Below, in pieces: positions 52,263 through 60,951 of a stretch of 64,000 bases of DNA (the stretch's first letter is position 1; every line of letters begins with the position of its first letter). A program made the position numbers and the translations under genes. The DNA is taken from assembly GCA_965263035.1 (NCBI GenBank), contig OZ253580.1:1888001-1952000 (forward strand), in the 5' to 3' direction. The notes under the pieces are model-generated. The model made no database searches. It worked only from the letters and a program-made list of their open reading frames with translations, and had not been told where the DNA came from. This DNA comes from Acidobacteriota bacterium (lineage in GTDB: Bacteria; Acidobacteriota; UBA6911; RPQK01; JAJDTT01).

Positions 52263-53147
52263 ATGCGCGCCGCAGGCTTGAAGCACAGCGTCTACGTGCA
52301 GATCGCCGGAGTGGTCCTGACCGCTCCCGCCATTCTGCTGCTGTCGCTGGTGGTCGTGCTCCCGTTCATCACCGCGGCTTGGTGGAGCCTCTCGCCCGAA
52401 CCGGGTTCGGATCCGACCCTGGCCGGCTATCGCTGGCTCCTGAACCCCGCGTTTTTCGCAGCCTTCAAGAACAGCCTCACCATCGGCGTGTTCTCGGTTC
52501 TCCTGGAGCTCTTGATCGCCATTCCGGCGGCGATCCTGCTCAACCAGGCCATCCCGGCCCGCGGCTTCTGCCGGGCGGCCCTGATGCTGCCCTGGGCGGT
52601 TCCCACCATTGCCGTGGCCGCCGCGTTCCTGTGGCTTGCCAACACCAACTACGGGCTGTTCAACCAGTTGGGACTCGGCCTGGGGCTGCTGGAGGCTCCC
52701 ATCGCGTTTCTGGGATCTCCGGCGCTGGCCCTGCCCAGCGTAACCGTCGCCCACGCCTGGAAGGGCCTGCCGCTGGTCTTCGTCATCATTCTGTCGGCTC
52801 TCCAATCGCTGCCTCCCGAACTGATGGAAGCGGCCCGGGTGGACGGCGCCGGCCGGATGGCTCAGTTCACCCATGTGATTCTGCCCCATCTCAAGCCCTC
52901 CATCGCCCTGGCGGCGGTGCTCTCGGGAATCTACAACTTCTCCCTCTTCGACATCACCTTCCTGCTGACCGGGGGCGGACCGGCGGGTGAGACCACGACC
53001 CTTCCCCTGCTGCTCTACACCCAGGAGTTCAAGGCTCTGGACACGGGGCGGGCGGCGGTGGTGGGAGTCTCGATCTTTGCCGCCGGCCTGATGGCGCTGG
53101 CGGCTCTCGGGTGGAGTTCTTTCGCCCCGAAGTCCCGGAGAACCTGA
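52263..53147 (+). CDS. Carbohydrate ABC permease
   Basis: EAARVDGA loop and LTGGGP. Confidence 0.9.
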   Translation: MRAAGLKHSVYVQIAGVVLTAPAILLLSLVVVLPFITAAWWSLSPEPGSDPTLAGYRWLLNPAFFAAFKNSLTIGVFSVLLELLIAIPAAILLNQAIPARGFCRAALMLPWAVPTIAVAAAFLWLANTNYGLFNQLGLGLGLLEAPIAFLGSPALALPSVTVAHAWKGLPLVFVIILSALQSLPPELMEAARVDGAGRMAQFTHVILPHLKPSIALAAVLSGIYNFSLFDITFLLTGGGPAGETTTLPLLLYTQEFKALDTGRAAVVGVSIFAAGLMALAALGWSSFAPKSRRT

Positions 53148-54049
53148 TGGGCACAGGTATCCGAGGAGTCCTCGGCTCAGGCGCCGCACGGACGATCCCT
53201 GCTGCCTCCGCCGCCCGGCGCCGGCGCTCCCGCATGCTGGCGTTTCTGGCGCTGGTCATGACCCTGGCGATTCTCTTCCCGTTTCTCTGGATCGTGCTCT
53301 CCTCCTTCCGGGACCCCCAGAACTTCCTGACACTGGATCTGCGAGACGCCCTGCCCCGGAGCCTGGACCTCTCCAGCTACCGGCTGGCTCTGGGCCGGAC
53401 CGATCTCTTCAGGTGGGTGGCGAACAGCCTGCTGGTGGCGGCTTCGACGACGATGCTGTCGCTGCTGGTCTCGGCCCCGGCGGCCTTCGCCCTGAGCCGG
53501 CTCGAATTCCGAGGCCAGGCTGCCGTGCAGTGGTTCAGCATGATCAGCTACGCCGTGCCCTCCATCATCATCGTGGTTCCGCTGTTCCTGATCCTGGTGA
53601 AGCTGGGCCTGAACAACTCCTATGCCGGCCTGATCCTGGTCCACGCCACCTTCACCATCCCCTTCTCCACCTGGGTCCTGCGCGACTTCTACCGGTCGAT
53701 TCCGCCCGACCTGGAGGAGGCGGCCTACGTCGACGGAGCCGGTCTGTTCCAGGTGCTCCGATACATCGTCCTCCCCTTGTCGGTCCCGGGCCTGCTGGCT
53801 GCGGGCGCCTACGCCTTCATCCTGTCCTGGAACGACTTCCTGTTCGCCCTCGTGATCATGGACGAAGCGGCCGCGTATACTGCCCCGGTGGGCGTGCACG
53901 CCTATTTCACCGGCCGGTTCCTGGGGGAGTCGACCTGGGCCCAGCTGATGGCCGCGTCCTCCATCGTCAGTCTCCCCAGTGTCCTCCTCTTCGGGTTCTT
54001 CCAGCGTTACCTGGTGTCCGGATACCTGAGGTCGGGTGTGAAGGGATGA
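53147..54049 (+). CDS. Carbohydrate ABC permease
   Basis: EEAAYVDGA and SWNDFLFA. Confidence 0.9.
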   Translation: MGTGIRGVLGSGAARTIPAASAARRRRSRMLAFLALVMTLAILFPFLWIVLSSFRDPQNFLTLDLRDALPRSLDLSSYRLALGRTDLFRWVANSLLVAASTTMLSLLVSAPAAFALSRLEFRGQAAVQWFSMISYAVPSIIIVVPLFLILVKLGLNNSYAGLILVHATFTIPFSTWVLRDFYRSIPPDLEEAAYVDGAGLFQVLRYIVLPLSVPGLLAAGAYAFILSWNDFLFALVIMDEAAAYTAPVGVHAYFTGRFLGESTWAQLMAASSIVSLPSVLLFGFFQRYLVSGYLRSGVKG

Positions 54050-54064
54050 AGGAGGAGCCGACCG

Positions 54065-55159
54065 TTGGCTGAAGTCGGACTGAAGGGGGTCACCAAGACC
54101 TATTCGGGAGACGTCCTGGCGGTGTCGGACCTGACGCTGCAGGTGGAGCACGGCCAGTTCGCGGTTCTCCTGGGGCCTTCCGGATGCGGCAAGTCCACGA
54201 CGCTGCGCCTGATCGCCGGGCTGGAAGAACCGGACCGGGGCGAGATCCTCATCGGCGGCGAGGTGGTCAATCACCTGCCTCCCCAGAAACGGGACCTGGC
54301 CATGGTGTTCCAGTCCTACGCCCTCTATCCCCACATGAGCGTCGCTCGGAACATGGGATTCGGCTTGAAGATGCGGGGGGTACCCGCCGCCGAGAGCCGG
54401 GACCGGGTCCGGGCCGCCGCCCGGCTCCTGGGCCTGGACGAGCTGCTGGAACGCTACCCGAGCCAGCTTTCCGGGGGACAGAAGCAACGGGTGGCGCTGG
54501 GCCGCGCCATCGTGCGCAAGCCGGCGGTGTTCCTGCTGGACGAACCGCTCTCCAACCTGGATGCCCAACTTCGGACCGAGACCCGGATCGAGCTGCTGAA
54601 ACTGCAACGTCAATTGAACGGCACCTTCATCCTGGTGACCCACGACCAGGTGGAGGCGATGATGCTGGCGGACGTCATCGCCGTGATGAAGGACGGGACG
54701 CTGCAGCAGACGGGGACGCCGGAGGAGATCTACGCCAAACCGGCCAACCTGTTCGTGGCCGGGTTCGTCGGCTCCCCGCCCATGAACCTCGTTCCCGGGG
54801 ATCTGGTCAGGGAGGACGGCGCCTGCTCCTTCCGGGGGGAGTTCTCCCTCGGCCTGCCTCAGCTGAATCAGAGGCAGCGGAGCCCCGAGCCGGCCTTACC
54901 CATCGTCCTGGGCTTCCGTCCCGAGGCGGCGCATGTCTCCTCCAGCGGCGACATGCGTTTGCGGGTCGAGCTGGTGGAGAACCGCGGAAGCCAGAAATTC
55001 CTCTACGGCTCCGCGGAAGGGGGGCAGAGGCTGAGTGTCGCGGCGGACCCCGGCTCTTCGGTCCGATCCGGGGAGACCATTTCCATTACGATCACTCTGG
55101 AACACCTCCTCTTCTTCGACGCCGCGACCGGAAACCGGATCGGCCCGGAAACGATTTGA
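54065..55159 (+). CDS. Carbohydrate ABC ATPase (MalK/UgpC-like)
   Basis: GPSGCGKST, LSGGQ, LLDEPLSNLD and GSPPMN. Confidence 0.92.
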   Translation: MAEVGLKGVTKTYSGDVLAVSDLTLQVEHGQFAVLLGPSGCGKSTTLRLIAGLEEPDRGEILIGGEVVNHLPPQKRDLAMVFQSYALYPHMSVARNMGFGLKMRGVPAAESRDRVRAAARLLGLDELLERYPSQLSGGQKQRVALGRAIVRKPAVFLLDEPLSNLDAQLRTETRIELLKLQRQLNGTFILVTHDQVEAMMLADVIAVMKDGTLQQTGTPEEIYAKPANLFVAGFVGSPPMNLVPGDLVREDGACSFRGEFSLGLPQLNQRQRSPEPALPIVLGFRPEAAHVSSSGDMRLRVELVENRGSQKFLYGSAEGGQRLSVAADPGSSVRSGETISITITLEHLLFFDAATGNRIGPETI

Positions 55160-55251
55160 AGCGAGCGGCATCCCTCGTCCTTCCATCCTCATTGTTCAGG
55201 ACGCTCCGATTCGTCTCGATCCCCAACGGCGGGAAAAGGGGACCCGGCGGA

Positions 55252-55276
55252 AGAAGGGGACTGTGACCTTCTCTAC
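55252..55276 (-). repeat. GTAG-hairpin (REP-like) repeat, copy 1
   Basis: Plus strand AGAAGGGGACTGTGACCTTCTCTAC. Confidence 0.8.
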
Positions 55277-55333
55277 TGTCGCAGCGTACGGCTATGAGCG
55301 TAGCCAACCGTCCTGTGTACTATCCTCGTGACT

Positions 55334-55795
55334 ATGGAGATCCGTCCCGCAGCACTATCCGATCTCGATACCGTCGTTGAATTCAACGCGCGTCTGGCGC
55401 AGGAATCGGAAGGAGTACATTTGGACAAGGACCGACTGAGAGCGGGGGTCGCTACGCTGTTGCGTGACGAGTCACTGGGCCTTTACTTCATAGCGGAGTC
55501 AGAGTCCGGCCCGGCCGGGCAGCTGGCGCTGACATACGAATGGAGCGACTGGAGGAACGGCATGTTCTGGTGGCTTCAAAGTGTCTACGTGCGCCCGGAA
55601 TTCCGCCGCAAAGGGGTTCTGCGCGCTCTCTACGGCCACGTTCTGGAGATGGCGAAGGACCGCAGCGTGTGCGGGATCCGACTGTACGTCGAGAAGGAAA
55701 ACCTCACTGCTCAAGAGGCGTACCGACAGCTGGGAATGGCCCGGGCAGTGTTTCACATGTACGAAGTTGATTTCGTGATCGCCCGAGAGCACTAA
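55334..55795 (+). CDS. GNAT family N-acetyltransferase
   Basis: TYEWSDWRNG, VYVRPEFRRKG and RLYVEKEN. Confidence 0.9.
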   Translation: MEIRPAALSDLDTVVEFNARLAQESEGVHLDKDRLRAGVATLLRDESLGLYFIAESESGPAGQLALTYEWSDWRNGMFWWLQSVYVRPEFRRKGVLRALYGHVLEMAKDRSVCGIRLYVEKENLTAQEAYRQLGMARAVFHMYEVDFVIAREH

Positions 55796-55911
55796 GTCGT
55801 GACTCGATGGACGAAGTGAAGTAGGCGGACGCCGCAAGAGCGCCTCCCACAGTTTCACTGCGGCATTTCCATACGCACCTTCACGACACATAAGGAATCA
55901 GCTGTGACAAA

Positions 55912-55945
55912 GGAGAAGGGGAGGGTTACCTTCTCTACGAGTTTG
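55912..55945 (-). repeat. GTAG-hairpin repeat, copy 2
   Basis: Plus strand GGAGAAGGGGAGGGTTACCTTCTCTACGAGTTTG. Confidence 0.8.
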
Positions 55946-55967
55946 ACCACCACAGCGGCCCCACGGG

Positions 55968-57273
55968 TCATTCCCCCCTTCGTATCACCGGCACGCCGCC
56001 AGACGGTGCAAATGTAATGCCCCGTCGCACCACCCGAACCGGATGGCGCGGGTCCGGCCGCAGGGTCACGCGAGTCAACACGCGGGCCAGTACGATCTTC
56101 ATCTCATAGCTGGCGAGCGCCGCGCCGAGGCAGTGCCGCACTCCACCACCAAACGGAAAAAATCTATAGGGATCGACTCGCCGCCCCACAAATCGGGCCG
56201 GATTGAACAACTCCGGCTCGGACCACAGTTCGGGGCGCCGGTGAGTGAGGTAGATGCATGGAGTGGCGACACTGCCCGCCGGCAGCTCGTAGTCTCCAAT
56301 ACACATGTCCGTTTCAAGATGACGGACGACAATGGGCACGACTGGGTTGAGGCGCGCCGTCTCTTTGATGACGGCGTCCAGATATCTGAGTTCGCCGATT
56401 TGCTCTGCTGTCAGCTTGGATGTATGAGGCCCGTTTCCGCTCACCGATGCCACCTCGGCTTGCGCGGTTGCCAGCACGTTCGGGTTTTGCAACAGATGGT
56501 GAATCACCCAGGCCATCGAGGTGGCGGCGGTTTCATGACCGGCTACGAGTACCGTCATCAATTCATCCCGAATCTCCTCATTGCTCATGGGCCGACCGTC
56601 GTCGTAGCGCGCGGCGACGAGCATGGCCACAATGTCGTTCCGCTCTTCCTGCTTTGACTCTTTGCGACGGGCTATCTCGTGGTACAACAATCGATCGATA
56701 CGGCGAAGTTGAGTCACGCGTTTCCAGAACGTGAGCGGTCCCCAGTTGAAGTTCATCCAGCGGATCAACAGCGTTCGCAGACGCGACAGCAGCGCAGCAT
56801 CATGGACGCCGAAAACGATGCGCAGGATAGCGTCCAGGGTGATGTTCTGCAGGCGCGGGTGAAGTCGGAAAAGACATTCCGACCGGCCAGGCATCGATCG
56901 ATCGATCGGCCATTTCACACATGATGTCGCCGTAGAGCCGGAGGCGCTCGCCGTGAAACGGCGGCAGGAGCAGCTTTCGCTCGCGCTGGTGTCGAGCACC
57001 GTCGAGCAGCAGTATCGAGTTGGGGCCCACGAGCGGTTTGAAAATCCTCTTTTGGGCCTGCCCGGCCCGCAGGTGTTCGGGGTCGCCGGTGAAAACTTGC
57101 TTGATGGCTGCCGGGTCGGTGAAAAATACCATCGGCGGAAGGCCGATCAGGCGAATGGTGAAGGCGTCGCCATAAGCCTCGGCACATGCCCGCATGAATG
57201 GGATGGGACGGAAGATCCAGTTGTACGTCTGCAAGAGGCGCGGGACTTTCGGTCCAGGCGGCAACTCGGCCAT
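55968..57273 (-). pseudogene. Cytochrome P450, frameshifted near 56870
   Basis: N-terminal LPPGP and HQRERKLLLPPFHG lie in one frame; AGHET, KETAR and FGGGVRHCLG lie in another. Removing one base from the A-run at 56869-56872 joins them. Confidence 0.85.
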
Positions 57274-57356
57274 ATAACCAGTCTATCCCGCTTTTCCTAC
57301 CACTGGAGCAATCCGGTGAGCTTTTCGATGCTCGCAGGGACGACACCATGGGCGGC

Positions 57357-57379
57357 AGAAGGGGACAGTTACCTTCTCC
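57357..57379 (-). repeat. Hairpin repeat, copy 3 (GTAG tag lost)
   Basis: Plus strand AGAAGGGGACAGTTACCTTCTCC followed by a T-run. Confidence 0.8.
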
Positions 57380-57639
57380 TTTTTTTGACGCCCTGGTTGC
57401 CCGGCACGCCGCCGTGCTCGATCCCTTCCAGTCGGTGCGGGGAGTGCGGCATCCGTTCGGGCAAGGGTGGATCCCCGAGGTGAGGATCCGCCAGGCCCGG
57501 AAGGTTTTCGCCTACATCGAGGGGGCCGGGCTCATCGATGCGTCCATGGTCTCGCCCCCGTTCCGGGCTGGAGAGCGCCGCTTCATCTCACTGACCCATC
57601 GGCGGCTGTCGCCTCACGCCAGACCACAGAGGGACATAA

Positions 57640-57673
57640 GGAGAAGGGGACAGTTACTTTCTCTACGAGTTTG
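57640..57673 (-). repeat. GTAG-hairpin repeat, copy 4
   Basis: Plus strand GGAGAAGGGGACAGTTACTTTCTCTACGAGTTTG. Confidence 0.8.
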
Positions 57674-58002
57674 TGGGGACTCCACCCAGGGAGCGGACTC
57701 GGAGCCGGCGCCCGAGCGAGTACAATTTCAACAGCGGATGAGATTCAAAGCGATCCTCAAACGCAGATGTCCACGATGTTTGCGTGGGCAGGTTTTCGCC
57801 TCGGCATTTCGTATGAGGCGGAACTGCGGTGTCTGCGACCTGAGATTCGAACGTCACGAACCAGGGTACTTTGTGGGTGCACTCTACTTCGCCTACGGAT
57901 TGGCGGTGCTGTTGGGCACTCCTCCTGCTGCCTATCTCTGGTGGCAGGGATTTTCGATAGAGGTTAACGCGCTTGTGATCACGGGAGAACTGATTATTTT
58001 AT

Positions 58003-58120
58003 GGGGCTTATATACCTAAGTGCCATTGGCATACAGTTCTGGCACCACGCTTTCCCCAACGAGATACGTTCCGGTGCCCAGGGCAAGAACCCCAGCCCTG
58101 AGAATGTTCAGGGCGGCATT
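58003..58120 (-). ncRNA. Putative omegaRNA/reRNA scaffold overlapping the tnpB 3' end
   Basis: Minus-strand stems CAGGGC/GCCCTG, GGCACC/GGTGCC and TGCC/GGCA follow NAALNI, where TnpB scaffolds normally lie. The 5' boundary is unknown. Confidence 0.55.
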
Positions 58121-59191
58121 GTGGTCCCTGTCCATTCCAAGTCCGCAGGCCCTGCACCGGAAGGTTTCGCTCCGTCCTGGATCGTGGCGGGCGCCGCACC
58201 GGTGGCAGTCCTGCGATGTATATGCGGGATTCACTTCTACGAACTTCCGACCGGCCCATTCTGCCTTGTACTGGAGTTGATTCCGCAGAAGCCCCCATGA
58301 TTGCGTCATTATTTCTCGATTCAGCCCCTTCTTCTTCGAGCCCTTCGTCACCATCCCTTGGATGTTCAGTTTCTCCACAGCGATCAGACCGTGCTCACGA
58401 ATGATCCTGGTGGAGAGACGATGGCAGGCATTACGGTTTCGGACCGATTCCCGGTGACGGAGCCGAGATAGCTGTACGATCCGTTTCCGTCTGGTCTTGG
58501 AAATCTTCTTGCACCTGGAGACCTTTCTCTGCTGCTTTCGGATCTCCCCCCAGTCCCGTCGATTCCGTTCGATCCTCTCACCCGTGGACAGCACCGCTCG
58601 CTTGCGGACTCCCAGGTCGATCCCCACCGAAGACTCGCATTTCGGTAGCGGCGGCTTCTCCACCTCGTAGGTCAGGTCCACATACACCCGGTTCGGCTTG
58701 CGGACAATCCGCAACGCTTTCAACGGGCATCCGTCCGGCAACGGCCGGGAGGGAAATATCCGGATCGTCGGAAAGCCCTTGGGCCGGATGGCGTAGCCCC
58801 GAGCGCGCTTCTTCACCAGGGTCGCTTTGGGGTCGACGACGTCGATGGTCTCCATCCTCGCAATGGGCCGGAATCGAGGATACCCCGGCTTCTCCCCCGC
58901 CTTGCAGCGACGGAAGAACGCCTTGAAGGCCCGGTCCAACCGAACCAGCATCCCCCGCTCCGCCTTGACCGCCACTGACCCGAGCCCCTCCGGATCCTCC
59001 TTCCTTTTGGAGGTCAACCCCTTCATCTGATCGTACAGGGTCACGCCGCGTTGCTCGGATTCCCAGGCCGTCCTGTGTTCCTCCAGTGCAGCGTTGTACA
59101 GCCGATTCAGGATGGACCTCACCCCGTCCAACCGCCGGATTCCACCCTTGGACAGCTTGGCTCTGCACTGGATAGTTGCGTGGCCTTTCAT
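58016..59191 (-). CDS. tnpB: RNA-guided endonuclease TnpB family protein
   Basis: LYNAALE, GYPRFR, RuvC-I GIDLG, RuvC-II IAVEKL, zinc finger CHRC/CRAC, RuvC-III DRDHNAALNI. Confidence 0.93.
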   Translation of the reverse strand: MKGHATIQCRAKLSKGGIRRLDGVRSILNRLYNAALEEHRTAWESEQRGVTLYDQMKGLTSKRKEDPEGLGSVAVKAERGMLVRLDRAFKAFFRRCKAGEKPGYPRFRPIARMETIDVVDPKATLVKKRARGYAIRPKGFPTIRIFPSRPLPDGCPLKALRIVRKPNRVYVDLTYEVEKPPLPKCESSVGIDLGVRKRAVLSTGERIERNRRDWGEIRKQQRKVSRCKKISKTRRKRIVQLSRLRHRESVRNRNACHRLSTRIIREHGLIAVEKLNIQGMVTKGSKKKGLNREIMTQSWGLLRNQLQYKAEWAGRKFVEVNPAYTSQDCHRCGARHDPGRSETFRCRACGLGMDRDHNAALNILRAGVLALGTGTYLVGESVVPELYANGT

Positions 59192-59394
59192 GGTAGGAAT
59201 TGTAAACCATCAGCCTGAATTCTCGGCACTTAGGCATATAATCCCCTATTTTATCTCCCTGGATCTTTCAGTACTCTCGAATCCTGTTCCTGCACTTGGA
59301 CCAGCTATTCGATCCCACCTAACTCGGGTGCGCTACTCAAGCTGCCCTACCAAGCTAGCCACGTCGCGGTAGCCCACAGACTCCCATCCACACG

Positions 59395-59421
59395 GGAGAA
59401 GGGGACAGTTACCTTCTCTAC
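59395..59421 (-). repeat. GTAG-hairpin repeat, copy 5
   Basis: Plus strand GGAGAAGGGGACAGTTACCTTCTCTAC, followed by a 10-bp tandem duplication TTGGTGCAGA. Confidence 0.8.
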
Positions 59422-59484
59422 TTGGTGCAGATTGGTGCAGATTTGGTTTTAAAGGCAGCTTGGAGTCATGGCACGTTGTTTCAA

Positions 59485-60354
59485 TCATCGCCCCAGCGCC
59501 AACAGTCGGCGCACGAGTTGTTGACCTTCCAGAGATAGTCCTGGGGATACGGCTAGGTGTTGGGTTCTCGCGACTTGGTCACGGATGGAGCGCACGCGCG
59601 CCTCTGCGAATCCCCGGTCCAGCCCACATGGTGTCCGCTGCACCGCACGCTGCCACAGTTTCTGCACAACCACGAACACGTGCAGCGCGTGGAGCACACC
59701 CTGCACTTTCCGTTCGCAACTCCGCCATGGTGAGAAGGCGACCGTTTTCGCGCGGCCTGATTCGATAAGTTGAATCCGACGTTCAACCAACGACAGTTGC
59801 AAGTGCATCGTTTCGTGGACCAGCGCTTCCGCCGCCCGCTCGATCCTTACGCGAGTCTCGTGGTCTGGCAGGGAGAGGAACACAGAAAAAGGCAGGTTCG
59901 GCCGGCTGTAGCTGCAATCCACCTCGGGGGACGGTGCCTTGAGCAGGTGGACGCAACGCACCAACTGTCCGATGGAGGAGGACAACTCCGGCCAAACAGC
60001 ATGAACAAGGTGCCAAGCTTGTCGTAGGACGCCAATATCCGCCGAAACCGCATAGTCGTCGACTTCGCGCAACGAGAGACCCACAGCGTTAAACTCGGCG
60101 ACAGCTCGGGAGGGAAGGCACTCAAGCAGAACGAGGCCGCCCTTCGCTCCCACTGGCGAGTCGACCTTTCCAACGATCCGCCTCGCTTCGTTGGCGGATC
60201 GCGTCATCATGCGCACCGTGCCGTAGGACTCGAAGTCGAGACCAAGCGGACCCAGGAAGTCGGTGACACCGATCTGGCGCAGTGTCGCAGGCAGGGCCGC
60301 CGTCCAGTAAACGGGATGCAGCAGAATGTCTTCTACAGGATGAACAGCACCCAC
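59485..60354 (-). CDS. aKG-HExxH-type peptide-modifying protein (putative beta-hydroxylase)
   Basis: SYSRP, EALVHETMHLQL, SPWR and LHALHVF; last gene of an rSAM RiPP operon. Confidence 0.78.
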   Translation of the reverse strand: MGAVHPVEDILLHPVYWTAALPATLRQIGVTDFLGPLGLDFESYGTVRMMTRSANEARRIVGKVDSPVGAKGGLVLLECLPSRAVAEFNAVGLSLREVDDYAVSADIGVLRQAWHLVHAVWPELSSSIGQLVRCVHLLKAPSPEVDCSYSRPNLPFSVFLSLPDHETRVRIERAAEALVHETMHLQLSLVERRIQLIESGRAKTVAFSPWRSCERKVQGVLHALHVFVVVQKLWQRAVQRTPCGLDRGFAEARVRSIRDQVARTQHLAVSPGLSLEGQQLVRRLLALGR

Positions 60355-60363
60355 GGTAGGCTA

Positions 60364-60951
60364 CTATCTATCGACTGCATGAAACGAATACACGATGGAG
60401 TATCGCTCACCACGGACTACCTCGCTAACTGCATGATGCGAGCGGTGAGATATCTCGAAGATCAAGGCTTGTTTCGACGCCGGTGCGAGAACCACCCGCA
60501 CATCTTCAGGTTCACGGCCACCGAAGAGCAGCAAGTGACCACCGTCGCCAGCAGCCCAGCCACGATTCAACTGCAATATCAGGCGATGGGTCTCGCCCCC
60601 CTCGAGATAGTCGTCGTGGATCCGAATACGCTGCCCTGCCGTGAGTCGATGGGCTATCATGTCGACGGTCGTCCGGAGTCTCCTCTGGAACAGTTCCGAA
60701 ATCAGCTCACGCATCGCGGCAAAGGTCATGTCGGTGGCCAATTGCGCGATGTCGGAGGGCAACTCTATGTTGCGCATGTCGAATTCGTGTTGAGAATAGA
60801 ATGATTCCTCCGTGAGATTCCACGGAGCTGCACGCTCGAACCACGACAAGGTGGCCTGCTCGACGTCGCTGCGCAAAACTTTCGGCACGACGGAAAACGG
60901 AAAGGGATCCGTTTCGAGGCGGGCACTCGACAAGTCAACAACGGGTCGCAT
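60364..60951 (-). CDS. yhhC: 2OG-Fe(II) oxygenase, YhhC-like
   Basis: IHDD, SHHAVSEV and RYSIVYSF; overlaps the rSAM stop codon. Confidence 0.75.
   Translation of the reverse strand: MRPVVDLSSARLETDPFPFSVVPKVLRSDVEQATLSWFERAAPWNLTEESFYSQHEFDMRNIELPSDIAQLATDMTFAAMRELISELFQRRLRTTVDMIAHRLTAGQRIRIHDDYLEGGETHRLILQLNRGWAAGDGGHLLLFGGREPEDVRVVLAPASKQALIFEISHRSHHAVSEVVRGERYSIVYSFHAVDR

Larger units (their letters stand above)
58003..59246 (-). mobile_element. 1244-bp TIR-bounded, transposase-less element carrying tnpB
   Basis: TIRs at 58003-58024 and 59225-59246 (20/22 identical); direct repeat TATTTTAT at 57995-58002 and 59247-59254. Confidence 0.93.
57738..59322 (+). pseudogene. DUF983-like membrane zinc-ribbon protein (110 aa) split by the TnpB element
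   Basis: Joining 57738-58002 to 59255-59322 restores one frame: MRFKAILKRRCPRC...CGVC...EPGYFVGA...ELIILSPWIFQYSRILFLHLDQLFDPT*. Confidence 0.88.

Noticed and set aside
57198-58019. 273-aa ORF
   Set aside because: A chance read-through across two repeats into the DUF983 5' half and the TIR.
58016-59191. Cas12f or an ordinary IS605/IS1341 element
   Set aside because: No adjacent CRISPR array or tnpA, and the boundaries are TIRs plus an 8-bp duplication, confirmed by reconstruction of the host ORF.
55252-59421. CRISPR array or integron attC array
   Set aside because: Spacing is 0.28-1.75 kb and irregular, no cas or intI gene is present, and no attC RYYYAAC...GTTRRRY structure is evident.
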